A program made the position numbers and the translations under genes. Below, piece after piece: positions 1 to 10,104 of a stretch of 64,000 nt of DNA (within the stretch, counting starts at the first letter, position 1; every line of letters begins with the position of its first letter). The notes below the pieces were generated by a model. It had not been told where the DNA came from. It did no database searches and saw only the letters and a program-made list of their open reading frames with translations. The stretch covers positions 62,001 through 126,000 of IMG/VR virus record IMGVR_UViG_3300037054_000148. One strand, 5' to 3'.

Positions 1-1
1 A

Positions 2-169
2 TTTGATTTTATTTTTCAAGTAGAACGAGCCATTAACTATGTATTTTACACACAGAGTTCTGCTGCGGCCCAGGCTGCCTCTAATGCTGCTTTTAATGCC
101 AGGGTAACTGGAGCGGCTAACTCCCTTTCCGCTTCGGGCGTGGCTGGGAGCCAAGAGCTTGTTGGATAA
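2..169 (+). CDS. 3' end of an upstream virion protein (partial)
   Basis: Open frame from base 2 reads FDFIFQVERAINYVFYTQ...SQELVG, with TAA at 167-169; co-oriented with the baseplate operon. Confidence 0.7.
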   Translation, partial: FDFIFQVERAINYVFYTQSSAAAQAASNAAFNARVTGAANSLSASGVAGSQELVG

Positions 170-187
170 CCATGGACGATAACTAAA

Positions 188-1117
188 ATGTCAGACTCTT
201 ACCTCAACCCTATTTGGAACTCCCCCTACTTTGACCTCACCTCAGTGACCAAGGTAGGGACACTCCCAGTTCGCGGGGAGACTCGTCTGGTGCCAGTGGG
301 TATGTTATCCTCATCAGTGGCCCCTCCTCCACAGCTTCAAACTTCTGGATCAGATGAGTCCTCTCAGGTTCCCTCAGCCTATGAGGCCATCTCATTTGCA
401 AAATCAACCTTCACTGACTACATGAACATCACTATCCCATCTCGTAGATCAGCCTCCACTGACTACTTTGAAGCGGATTACACCTATCGGTTTCTCATTA
501 ATCCTCACACTCTGAGTGTTTCCCATCAGACTGCGGATAGCCAAAGCATGACACGTGGGGGTTGGCAATTTGGAGTGTGGGGTGAGGATGTGGTGGAACT
601 TCATATGACTGGTATTACAGCCGGAGATTACTTCCAAAATGGGTTATCGGATCAGTGGGAAGAATATAGTCTGAGCTATCGTAATCTTGCAGAACTCACA
701 AATGTAGTGCTAAATAACGGTTACTGGTTTGAGGGCGAAGAGGTAAACACAGCCTGGAATGCCCCCGATTACACCAGAAAGCGTATTAAGAGCCATGGGG
801 ATGTAGTGGTTAGAGTGGGGAATTTCATGTGGAGCGGAATGTTTACAAATATGACTCATACTAAATCCGCAGAAAACCCGTTTTATAACACGTTTGATAT
901 TGGATTTATTGCCTGGAAGGAGCGGTTTGCCTCCGGATCTCCCTGGCTCTCCGCCATCAGAAATAACACTTATCGTGGACATTCAAAGGAACTTCTTCTA
1001 GCTACCCCCTCCGCTACCCCTCAGTCTCAAGTGCCAGTAGACCAGTCAGTCTCTAATTCTGTAATCACAACGGCCCCCATAGCCCCAAGTTTTCTACATA
1101 TTGTAGAGTCAGCCTAA
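188..1117 (+). CDS. Baseplate/tail-tube-initiator-like virion protein
   Basis: 309 aa; FLINPHTLSVSH...TRGGW...WGED...MTG and WSGMFTNMT...ENPF...FDIGF pattern resembles tube-fold baseplate proteins; immediately upstream of hub and spike. Confidence 0.55.
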   Translation: MSDSYLNPIWNSPYFDLTSVTKVGTLPVRGETRLVPVGMLSSSVAPPPQLQTSGSDESSQVPSAYEAISFAKSTFTDYMNITIPSRRSASTDYFEADYTYRFLINPHTLSVSHQTADSQSMTRGGWQFGVWGEDVVELHMTGITAGDYFQNGLSDQWEEYSLSYRNLAELTNVVLNNGYWFEGEEVNTAWNAPDYTRKRIKSHGDVVVRVGNFMWSGMFTNMTHTKSAENPFYNTFDIGFIAWKERFASGSPWLSAIRNNTYRGHSKELLLATPSATPQSQVPVDQSVSNSVITTAPIAPSFLHIVESA

Positions 1118-4069
1118 ATGATCACCCCCTCTTCCCCTAATCCTGTTTCAGCGAATCCACTCACGGCTTCGCCAACCCCAGCATCTAAAATTCGTAATAT
1201 TGTGCAGTCTGCACAAGAGCGGGAAATTGTCAAAACAGCCCCAGATATGGTGGTTTATATTGATTCTCTACCCTTTATAAACAACCCCTATCTGAGTCAG
1301 GGCTCAACAAATATGGTGGCAGTTAATTTTAACGATTACGTCACCTCCATCATTACTTCCTATAGTATAGATTCCTTTATGCCCTCCGGAGCTATCAATC
1401 TGTCCGTCCCAAACGGATCTAAGCAGTTATTCATGGCTCCAGGTGGCAACACGATTATTGATATTATGAGTGCGGTTAGAATTTATGCCAAAAGCTATTT
1501 TTTTGCTGCTGATGGTAACACCATTTTTCGCCGCATATTCAATGGCTTGATCAAGTCAGTAGGTCTAAACGAAACCCCGACTAGTTTGGAAATCACAATA
1601 GGGATTGTAGGGATTTGCCGCCTTCTTGAAATGACCCAAATCGAACTAAGTAAGGCCCTCATTTCAGATTCAAGTTCCCTAGTTACGGTGTTTAGGACCA
1701 ATCAGGCGTACCTGAACGTCTACGGGGCTCTGTACGACACCTTTCATAGAGATGTGGATTTCAGTGAATTCCTGCAAGAGGCATTCCAGCAAACTTTCAT
1801 GGAAGATGACAGGGATAAACTGGTCATTCAAAATGAATATGCTTCCAAATGGGCCGCAAGACTCCAAGATCTGTGTAGGGATGTCCGACTATTTGGTTGG
1901 TCTTCCAATAATAAATCCATTTCATCTCCCGTCACTACAGGTGCGACCGCTGCTCAACAAAATTCCGTGATCGCCAGCCAGTCTGGAGCCGCCCCTACTC
2001 CGCTTATTTCACAAACTGAAATGAGCAAAGAGAATGCCGCCATAATTGGCCTGCTGAATGAATACAGTTTTGACATGGCAATCTCAGGAATCAAGTTATT
2101 TGGAAATCAGCTAGTCTCCAGGTTAGAGAGAGTTCGCTATCTTGTGGAGATTATGGGTTTTGAGGGTTATCAGGATGTTGACGGTCTGATTATTATAAAG
2201 CCCCCTTTGTACAACCTTGATTGCACAATTATCAGCAATAGCACTACTACTGCTGCTCAAACTGGAAATGTATCTGGGGAAAATTTGAGCCCTGCTACAA
2301 ATCCTTACGTTATCAATATGGCGGAAATCTTATCTGAAGATTACTTGGAGGATGAATCTGCGATTAGAAAGACCTCCATGTCTATCTCACTCAATTTTGC
2401 TGACCCATCAGGGCTTCAGATTGCCGCCCCCACTGATCTGACCAAGGTGACAAGGTTCACTGATGTTAATTTAGTGAGGAAATTCGGAGTTCGTCAGGAG
2501 CCAGCTAAGTATTGTGGGTTCCTACATGGAGATCTGAGGGCCACTTATGGATTTTGTGCCGCAGAGCTAGCCAAGGCCAATATGGGCTTCACTACATACT
2601 CGGTTTCTATCCCCCTCCGTCCTGAAATTCGACTTGGGTTTACAATCTATATCCCTCATCGAGATATGTACGCTTATATTACTGGCATCGCTATGAGTTA
2701 TAACGTTGGGGGTCAGGCCACAACCAGTTTAACTTGCAATTTTGCCAGAAAACGCCCACTATTCCTTCAAAATCAAAATATCACACAAATTGTAAATGGG
2801 CAACAAGTCCCTCTTACAGTTCAAGTATTTGCGGCCCAGCCTAATCTGGTTCATGCCTTCACCACAGCCTCCGCACAGCCCCCTACTACTTCAAATGGTG
2901 GGACGCTTAATGAAGTTGGGTTGATCTCCTCAGTTCCTCTGACACCGAGTGGCACCCCTAGTGCAGACCAACTAACGGTGAATACCTACCTTGCTCAAAA
3001 ATTGGGGAGCATTTACGAAACCTGGACTGATATGCCAGCTATGTCTAATGTTCCCACTTGGAGGATACAGAATGACGGCACCAGTGGGGCCAATGGAACA
3101 GATGGTCCTGCCGCCCCCTTCACTAATGGAGATTCTGCCCCAGATGGGACCAATACTTGGTATAATGGCGGTTTGGACAGCAGCACCGGCACCAAATTCT
3201 CAGTTCCCAAAATAGTAGATGGTCATTACCTGGACCGCACAACCATGGTCCAGCCCTATACGAATGAAAAGGGATACGAAGTGGTTTCCCCGCTTCCATG
3301 GGGTCGTTATGCCACCCTCACGGATGCCCTAGTTACCTTTACACGGGATGCTTGGCCAGAACCTGCCAGTGCCGCCACCTCTAGTCCAATTTCAAACACC
3401 ACTGTTTCAGCGTTCCTGACCGCTGGTTTAACCACCCACCTTAACTCTTCAGATGCAGCCACTCAACTAGCTAATATTGCGCCTCCTTCCTCAAATCGTT
3501 CAAACTTACCAAAAGGGGATACCCTCATCACCTCCACCTTCCCCTTCCAAAAGTTTGATAAGACCAATGTCCCTTACTTTGAACTGGCATATTCTTCCAG
3601 TGATATGGGGGTTACGGAGACTAGTTTTGCCATACCAGATTGGTCTAACCCTAATAATTCTGCCTCTGGGGCCGTTTCTGGATCCTCTGGGGCTATCTCC
3701 TCCGTCTCTCAATCGTCATCCACCTCTGGCTTGGACACTTTCTCCTCCTCCGTGGACGCTCTTCAAGTATTTCTACAGGGATATATTGGCCCTACTAATA
3801 GCAACAATGTTGGGCCATATGCAGTTTCCACCCTGCCTCAAAATACTGATATTGGCGGGTATGCTCCACCCAATGGCCCATTAAGTGGAGTATTACTTAG
3901 TATGGGTGCCACCTTCACTAGATCCCCATACGGAGCAATTCTAGGTCTGAGACCTACCGGCGCAACCCAGAATCCAGCCTATACGACCGGCACAAATGCT
4001 ACATATACAGGGGATACTTTGGGGCAGACTCTAACAAACATTGGTCAGATAATAAGTGGTGGTGGGTAA
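1118..4069 (+). CDS. Baseplate hub protein (gp27/GpD-like) with Ser/Thr-rich C-terminal extension
   Basis: 983 aa; RIFNGLI, FEGYQDVDGLIIIKPP, RKFGVR, SIPLRPEIRLG, YITGIAMSY motifs typical of hub proteins; precedes the spike gene. Confidence 0.6.
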   Translation: MITPSSPNPVSANPLTASPTPASKIRNIVQSAQEREIVKTAPDMVVYIDSLPFINNPYLSQGSTNMVAVNFNDYVTSIITSYSIDSFMPSGAINLSVPNGSKQLFMAPGGNTIIDIMSAVRIYAKSYFFAADGNTIFRRIFNGLIKSVGLNETPTSLEITIGIVGICRLLEMTQIELSKALISDSSSLVTVFRTNQAYLNVYGALYDTFHRDVDFSEFLQEAFQQTFMEDDRDKLVIQNEYASKWAARLQDLCRDVRLFGWSSNNKSISSPVTTGATAAQQNSVIASQSGAAPTPLISQTEMSKENAAIIGLLNEYSFDMAISGIKLFGNQLVSRLERVRYLVEIMGFEGYQDVDGLIIIKPPLYNLDCTIISNSTTTAAQTGNVSGENLSPATNPYVINMAEILSEDYLEDESAIRKTSMSISLNFADPSGLQIAAPTDLTKVTRFTDVNLVRKFGVRQEPAKYCGFLHGDLRATYGFCAAELAKANMGFTTYSVSIPLRPEIRLGFTIYIPHRDMYAYITGIAMSYNVGGQATTSLTCNFARKRPLFLQNQNITQIVNGQQVPLTVQVFAAQPNLVHAFTTASAQPPTTSNGGTLNEVGLISSVPLTPSGTPSADQLTVNTYLAQKLGSIYETWTDMPAMSNVPTWRIQNDGTSGANGTDGPAAPFTNGDSAPDGTNTWYNGGLDSSTGTKFSVPKIVDGHYLDRTTMVQPYTNEKGYEVVSPLPWGRYATLTDALVTFTRDAWPEPASAATSSPISNTTVSAFLTAGLTTHLNSSDAATQLANIAPPSSNRSNLPKGDTLITSTFPFQKFDKTNVPYFELAYSSSDMGVTETSFAIPDWSNPNNSASGAVSGSSGAISSVSQSSSTSGLDTFSSSVDALQVFLQGYIGPTNSNNVGPYAVSTLPQNTDIGGYAPPNGPLSGVLLSMGATFTRSPYGAILGLRPTGATQNPAYTTGTNATYTGDTLGQTLTNIGQIISGGG

Positions 4070-4072
4070 AAT

Positions 4073-6640
4073 ATGGATATAAAAAGTTTCACTCGAAGGC
4101 CCGATACCCCAGTTCTCTCTGAGTCTTCTCGGTTGGATGAGCAATATCAGGTATTCCCCGCTGAAGTGGTTAGAGTGGATTATGAGCGTAAAGTTGTAGC
4201 TATTCGTGACAAGCGGCATAACCAAATCTACCAGGATGTAGTGGCGTTCCCAGCGAATTCGTCCTCTGTGGAGGGGACCGATATTGATATGCCGGAAGAG
4301 GGCACTGCCTGCTTGGCCGCCACTTTGGAGTGGAACAAAGGCTACTCTCAGCACATCATTATTTGTTATTTGCTATCCGCTACCACAACCTCCCAGGATG
4401 CGGTGTCCCAACGTTCACTGTCAGGTGCGAGTAAGCCTCTAGGGGAGTGGACTGATCGAACCCGTGGGGTCTATCGGAAAGCCTATCCGGGGCAGCACAC
4501 GATTGCTAAGACGGATGGGTATACGGCAAAATTTGCTAATGGCTGGGATCAGGCTGCTATGGATTTGAGTCGAGATCAGCTTGACCCCTTCCGCCGTACC
4601 CGCACATCCAGCACAGGTCGGCAGATCATCAGAACCGATACTGCACTAAAATATGAAGGCTTTGTTCATCGTCCCCAGGCCAACTCCTCCGATATCACTC
4701 CTCACATTCTCCCAGATGGGTCAAAAGAGTGGGTGCTCTATCTAAACCCGACCGTTACAGATTGGTCAGCCCGTTATTTTGGCCAAAATGACCTCTTGAT
4801 TCAGGATATGATCCCCTTTGTGGAGCATGTAGAAAAAATTCAAGAATTTGGGCTGGATTACCCCGTCCCTCACGAGATTTATGAAACGGATATGTGGGAT
4901 AAGATACTGGGAACGGTTCAGCCCTTCCCTGATCCTTCTTCACCCACCGATAGCCAGAATTGGTGGAACCGAACTGCCATGATTGATGAGTCAGAGGGGG
5001 CTTCTTCAAATGAAAACATGTATGTTGAGGATCAGGCATGGCCTTTTGCTCAGCCATGGGATCACCCGAACAACCCCGCTGAGAATCCTGGAGTTGGCCC
5101 CGCTTTGAGTGATGGTCCTACCCCTCGTCGTCGTGGATGGATTATTGAAAAAGCTGAGGGCACCCTTGTTGGGTCCAACATGTTTGATGCGACAACCTAT
5201 GGTAAGGTGCTCAAGCCAATGGTGTTTCCACTCACCACAGCAGGCCGCTTCGCTGCTGACACGATGTCTGGTTATTCTGCGGTCACAAAACTTCCCGACC
5301 AGTCTGAGGCCCGTCTAGCCGCCTCCGCATGGTCTCTCAGATTCCCCTACGAATACAACACAACTCGTTTTGAAGTTACCAAAGAGGGGATGGCCCTATT
5401 TGAGATTGGCTCAACCCTTCCGAAGGAAAACATTGTCTGGGATTCTGGGAAATATGAACATCCTCATGGCGCGGGTCGTTCCCTTGAAGGCAATTTCACT
5501 GGTTCGGTCAAGTTGGTGCTGGGTAAGAATCGTGATGAGGAAGAGAGTCTTGATATCCAGACGACTGGCGGGGCTGTATTGCGTCTCGGAGCGGATGATG
5601 CCTCCATTCCTAATTTTCGTCGTGTCTCACAGACACAGATTCGCGGAAAGAAGGACATGATTACAGACCGCTCTCTTCAGTATTGGGGCACTCAGTCTAA
5701 AAATCAACTTGGTCATTGGGCCAGTGGGGTAAAACTGACTCCAGGAGATGCAGGAAATCTTAGTGCAAAGACCGGAGCAGAAAATGTGAGTCTCAGGGCT
5801 GCCCTAGATGGTGGACTGGTGCTTCGGCTGGGTGGTAGGAACAAGGGCTCGAAACGCCGCCACTTTTTCAATGGATATCAAGATGGGCCTGGGAAAACTC
5901 CCTACTCCATCACAGATTCAAATCGCCTAGACTCCCGTAGTCCCAATCGCCCCGTGTACCAGCTTGCTTCAACCGCAACCAGAGGCGCAGCCCTAGATAC
6001 GATCTACCAGTTTCACGATTTGACCAAAGTTGGTCAACCCCTGCTTGGAAATGCCCCACCGATTGGCATCTCTCCCTATGATTCATGGGCCGGGGATGCA
6101 ACGGGGGGGTTTGTGGACTATCTGGGAAGTTCTGCCGATATCCATGCGGTTCGGGATCTATTCGTTCGAGCCGGAAAGAATGATAATGTGGGCCTCTCTG
6201 CCACATTCGATTTAGCTGGGGCTATTCTTGCTGCCATTGGGGCGGATAGCATGGGTCGTTCGCTTATCGCACAGTTGGATGGGGCGATTGAGGCCACGAT
6301 TGGTTCAAATCAGACAAGCTCTGCTTCAAATTACACCAAGGCGATCCGATTGGAAATTAACGGAGATGTGGACATTGTAATTAAAGGAAATCTCCACCTC
6401 AATGTTACGGGGGACATAATTTCTGAAACTAATCATCGACTCGCTCTGACCCACACGGCTGACATTCGAAGAGCAACCGCTATTCTGGATGTTGGCAATT
6501 CTATCAACTATCGAGAGTCCGGAACAGGTGGAATTCAGCAATATGAGGGTGGTGTGGATGTGATCAATCAGACAGATGACTCTCTCCCATCGACAAACCC
6601 CTCCTCCCCTTCTTTCCTCTCCCCGACTGGTGGTAATTAA
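4073..6640 (+). CDS. Baseplate central spike-like protein (gp5/VgrG-type OB fold, C-terminal beta-helix repeats)
   Basis: 855 aa; N-terminal AEVVRVDYERKVV...DMPEEGTACL OB-fold pattern; C-terminal EINGDVDIVIKGNLHLNVTGD repeats. Confidence 0.6.
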   Translation: MDIKSFTRRPDTPVLSESSRLDEQYQVFPAEVVRVDYERKVVAIRDKRHNQIYQDVVAFPANSSSVEGTDIDMPEEGTACLAATLEWNKGYSQHIIICYLLSATTTSQDAVSQRSLSGASKPLGEWTDRTRGVYRKAYPGQHTIAKTDGYTAKFANGWDQAAMDLSRDQLDPFRRTRTSSTGRQIIRTDTALKYEGFVHRPQANSSDITPHILPDGSKEWVLYLNPTVTDWSARYFGQNDLLIQDMIPFVEHVEKIQEFGLDYPVPHEIYETDMWDKILGTVQPFPDPSSPTDSQNWWNRTAMIDESEGASSNENMYVEDQAWPFAQPWDHPNNPAENPGVGPALSDGPTPRRRGWIIEKAEGTLVGSNMFDATTYGKVLKPMVFPLTTAGRFAADTMSGYSAVTKLPDQSEARLAASAWSLRFPYEYNTTRFEVTKEGMALFEIGSTLPKENIVWDSGKYEHPHGAGRSLEGNFTGSVKLVLGKNRDEEESLDIQTTGGAVLRLGADDASIPNFRRVSQTQIRGKKDMITDRSLQYWGTQSKNQLGHWASGVKLTPGDAGNLSAKTGAENVSLRAALDGGLVLRLGGRNKGSKRRHFFNGYQDGPGKTPYSITDSNRLDSRSPNRPVYQLASTATRGAALDTIYQFHDLTKVGQPLLGNAPPIGISPYDSWAGDATGGFVDYLGSSADIHAVRDLFVRAGKNDNVGLSATFDLAGAILAAIGADSMGRSLIAQLDGAIEATIGSNQTSSASNYTKAIRLEINGDVDIVIKGNLHLNVTGDIISETNHRLALTHTADIRRATAILDVGNSINYRESGTGGIQQYEGGVDVINQTDDSLPSTNPSSPSFLSPTGGN

Positions 6641-6643
6641 CCC

Positions 6644-9600
6644 ATGCCTGCCTCTACTTTTCTCCCCATTAACGCTCCGGCTGGTGTAAGCCAGCCTGCA
6701 AATGTTCCATGCCTACCCTGGATTGAAAGCCAGTATCATACGGCCATGACTGATGGGAGAATGGTTGAACAGGAAATCGGTCAACTCATCTATGAAGTAA
6801 AGAAGATGGAGCAGGAATTGATGCAATGGATTCAATCTGAATTGAATCATATTATCAACGCCATGTTGGCGGCTCTACCACCAACCTCCGCCCCTCCGGC
6901 CTGCATTGCCCAAGTCATTGTGTTCATCAAACAGATGGTTACGTTTATCGATAATGTAATCAAGACCGTTCAAGCCATCATTAAGATCATCGCTCTGATC
7001 GAAACCATGATTCGTAACATGGTTGCGATGATTCAGTCGATTCTTAACGCCATTGCTTTGCTTTTGAGCCAGATTTGCAATTTTCATCTTCCGAAACTCC
7101 CATCTCTCGCATTTTTGCTCGGAAATCTATTTAATTTCCAGGGATTCAATCTTAAGGGGCTGAAACTTGGGCTCCCTTCAATGAATTTACATTTCACATT
7201 TCCACAATGCTCGATTCAGTCTCCCAAACCATTTTACTCTCCGGGGATTGCCATATCCCCATACGGAAATACGATTACGAATGCGACTTCACCAATCGCT
7301 TCGGCCTCATTCGTTTCCCCAACCCCCGTAACCGCAGGATCAGTGGCCCCCTCGGTTACCCTACCCGTCAACCCAGCCCTAGGCACTCCGGATGCTCCTG
7401 GTAGTGGTCCATTCGCTGGCTTTGTTGTCTCTTCGGATCAACAGGCTGACCCTGAATTCCAATCTCTATTCTTAAACCCCCCAACTACCACAACCCCCCT
7501 CTACCCATCCTCATTCAACCCCACAACTGACTTCCAAGGCTCCCTGCCAGCCCCAGCATCCATTATAAACAACTATAACCTGCCGTCAGCGGTGTATATT
7601 GCAAACATAGCCTCTGCGGCTAACCTGCCGATTGCCCCGACTGTGGATTCAGCCATCTTTAAGACTGATATAGTTTCTGCTATCAACCTCGGACAAGTAA
7701 ATGCTAACCGAGACTCTAACATTTCTGCCGCATGGATCATCTATCTCTACCTGTGCCGTCAGGGTCGGGCTGGTTCTTGGATTCCAGAATATGAGGCTAC
7801 TTACCAGCAGTATATTGCCCCCTCCATTGCTTATTTGCAGAACACCCCCACCCCATGGAACGGTCTGGATCCAAATAATATCCTTAGTGGGCCTTCCGAC
7901 CTCCCTATTCTTGCTGTCCTTAATAGTATGCAAGATCCAGAACTCAGCGTTCTTCTTTGGCAGCTATCCTATGTGGAAGCCTCTCTTCTAGGGTACACGC
8001 GCAATACCACATGGGATTCTTCAGCCATTTCTTCATTTTTTGGCTATACGGATGGGGCATTAGACTTTTCGGAAACCACTATTGGCACTCGTAGCCTAGC
8101 GATTACGTTAAATTCTGATGGGCTAGCTGCTTATCCCTCAACTATTATGATTGACCCCGCTTGGACTAAGCAAGTTAATGCCGCAATCGCAGTTGGTCAG
8201 ACCGCTATTCAGAATAATTCACAATTTCAGTCCCAAAATCCAAGCTATCGTTTCATATACGACCAGTTTGCCATTGCAACTGAAGTGGATCGGTACAGTC
8301 AATACTGGCGTGAGTGGGCGGCAAGTTTCAACACATTGGTAGCTTCCAGCAATTCAAATTCAGAGAGCCCAGCGGCACTGCCCTACGTGATGAATTATTG
8401 GCAGACCATAGATTCGGCTGTCAATCCACTAGGGGACATTGCTCTCTACACTTATCTCTATACGGATGCAATCACACGTTCCTCCGGATGGGTTCCTGGG
8501 GTTGATGTGATCAATCTCCCCACAGCAATTGATACAAGTGCCAATGCTCAGGGACTTTGGGTTCCTCCAGACGACCAATCAGCAGGTTGGAATGGAATTT
8601 CCCCTAATTTAACGTTTGATGCCCAGACTTTCCTTAGCCGCCCAGACATTCAGTCCCTCCCTGTCACCACTCAACTTACTATGCTGGACCTAAACAGCGC
8701 CTGGGCCACTGCGTTGAATAATGGAAACAAATCTATCGCTGTCGCCTCACAAGAGATATCTAATTTGAAGGCCATCGTTGCGAATTCAGTGATTCAGGGT
8801 TTCCAGGTTTCCAGTAGTGTTGGGGCCTCCATCAGTCCATCGACCACATCATTACTTCGCTTCGATACCACCCCTTTAGACATCGTTGGGAACGTCACTT
8901 CTTCCGGACTATTCACTATTCAAACCGCTGGGAGTTATCTGTTGACCGGAACCTACATTTTTGGAGCATTGACCGTCCCAGCCGTACGCGAGGTTCAAAT
9001 CTGGATTAACGGAGTCCCTGTCTTCACGCAGGCATCACATAACGTGATTGATCAGGTTACGATTCAATTGAATGAGACGATAATTTTCAATAAAAATGAC
9101 ACAGTGCAGATTTACGCCTCCACAAATGGCCAAAGCCCCGCTACACTTTTACCTAATTTCAACTTCCAGTGCCTAGCCTTCACATTGGACACTTCCTCTT
9201 ATGGATTTACCGTCTCCGCCGATGGTCAAATCATTCAATCTGGTGGCATCAGCACCATTCCCACCACCTCAGACACCTCTGAGTCCACTGCGGCGGTCTC
9301 AGTAGACCAGTTAATATCAAAAATCACTTCTAACCTCAAACTATCTGGGACAGATATGGAACCGGTGTATGGAAAATATACATGGGGTATTCTAGGGAGT
9401 GGGGTTAAGCAGCAACCCGCCGCCACTCCATTGGTTTCGTTGACCGCAGTCTACACAAATGCCGATGGAAAGGCCCTTCCGATTACTCCGGAGATAGACC
9501 AGCCTGATACCCCTTACTATGATGGGGTGGTCCTGAACAACGCTGCGGCCAATCAGACGGTTTCGACAGCCCTGATGTATGGCCAGGAGTATCAGATCAC

Positions 9601-10057
9601 CACCTCTACGGTCATGCCCATACAGGCCAGTGCTTCTCCTTCCGGGGTGGCAGGTTCCAATACAACTCCGTTGGCCTCCTCTGGGAACCTCCTTCCTGGT
9701 CAAATTCTTTATGTTGGCCCTGGTGGTTTACTGACTCATGACTTCAATTACGTTAACACTAATTGCCGATGGATTATTGCGGTAGGTCGTGCAACTGATG
9801 TGGATAAATTCATCTACCAGCCAAACATCCCCATGGATACGGGCGGAAATGGGGGGCGTTTGGTTAAATACTTCGAATATATCCAAACAACTCCGGCACT
9901 CACTTGGACTTTCCCCAATCCCACAGGTCATTATGTCAATATTTCTGTCATTGACACAAATGGGAATGATGTGGCTCGTGATTTGACGTTTGATGGGGTC
10001 GGAACCATCGTGCTAAATTTCCTTCTGCCAACTGCCGGAACTGCTCACGCTTCATAA
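6644..10057 (+). CDS. Large virion structural protein with helical N-terminus, C1q/TNF-like domain and cement-like C-terminal domain
   Basis: 1137 aa; LRFD...SGLFTIQTAGSYLLTG...IWING...FNKNDTVQIY (C1q-like); GQILYVGPGGLLT...VGRA; terminal QTTPALTW...ISVIDTNG. Confidence 0.55.
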   Translation: MPASTFLPINAPAGVSQPANVPCLPWIESQYHTAMTDGRMVEQEIGQLIYEVKKMEQELMQWIQSELNHIINAMLAALPPTSAPPACIAQVIVFIKQMVTFIDNVIKTVQAIIKIIALIETMIRNMVAMIQSILNAIALLLSQICNFHLPKLPSLAFLLGNLFNFQGFNLKGLKLGLPSMNLHFTFPQCSIQSPKPFYSPGIAISPYGNTITNATSPIASASFVSPTPVTAGSVAPSVTLPVNPALGTPDAPGSGPFAGFVVSSDQQADPEFQSLFLNPPTTTTPLYPSSFNPTTDFQGSLPAPASIINNYNLPSAVYIANIASAANLPIAPTVDSAIFKTDIVSAINLGQVNANRDSNISAAWIIYLYLCRQGRAGSWIPEYEATYQQYIAPSIAYLQNTPTPWNGLDPNNILSGPSDLPILAVLNSMQDPELSVLLWQLSYVEASLLGYTRNTTWDSSAISSFFGYTDGALDFSETTIGTRSLAITLNSDGLAAYPSTIMIDPAWTKQVNAAIAVGQTAIQNNSQFQSQNPSYRFIYDQFAIATEVDRYSQYWREWAASFNTLVASSNSNSESPAALPYVMNYWQTIDSAVNPLGDIALYTYLYTDAITRSSGWVPGVDVINLPTAIDTSANAQGLWVPPDDQSAGWNGISPNLTFDAQTFLSRPDIQSLPVTTQLTMLDLNSAWATALNNGNKSIAVASQEISNLKAIVANSVIQGFQVSSSVGASISPSTTSLLRFDTTPLDIVGNVTSSGLFTIQTAGSYLLTGTYIFGALTVPAVREVQIWINGVPVFTQASHNVIDQVTIQLNETIIFNKNDTVQIYASTNGQSPATLLPNFNFQCLAFTLDTSSYGFTVSADGQIIQSGGISTIPTTSDTSESTAAVSVDQLISKITSNLKLSGTDMEPVYGKYTWGILGSGVKQQPAATPLVSLTAVYTNADGKALPITPEIDQPDTPYYDGVVLNNAAANQTVSTALMYGQEYQITTSTVMPIQASASPSGVAGSNTTPLASSGNLLPGQILYVGPGGLLTHDFNYVNTNCRWIIAVGRATDVDKFIYQPNIPMDTGGNGGRLVKYFEYIQTTPALTWTFPNPTGHYVNISVIDTNGNDVARDLTFDGVGTIVLNFLLPTAGTAHAS

Positions 10058-10070
10058 CAAAGGTTTTCTC

Positions 10071-10091
10071 ACTTCTCAACCCTTTGTTGAG
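10071..10091 (+). promoter_or_regulatory. Candidate late-promoter motif ACT-N14-TGAG
   Basis: ACTTCTCAACCCTTTGTTGAG in an intergenic gap; same spacing recurs at 15396, 24003, 45339, 50845. Confidence 0.35.
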
Positions 10092-10104
10092 GGAGCCGAG
10101 TCAG

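Noticed and set aside
36-57. ACT-N15-AGAG resembling the late motif
   Set aside because: Lies inside the upstream coding frame and has different spacing.
172-186. Mini-ORF MDDN between two genes
   Set aside because: Four codons; easily arises by chance.
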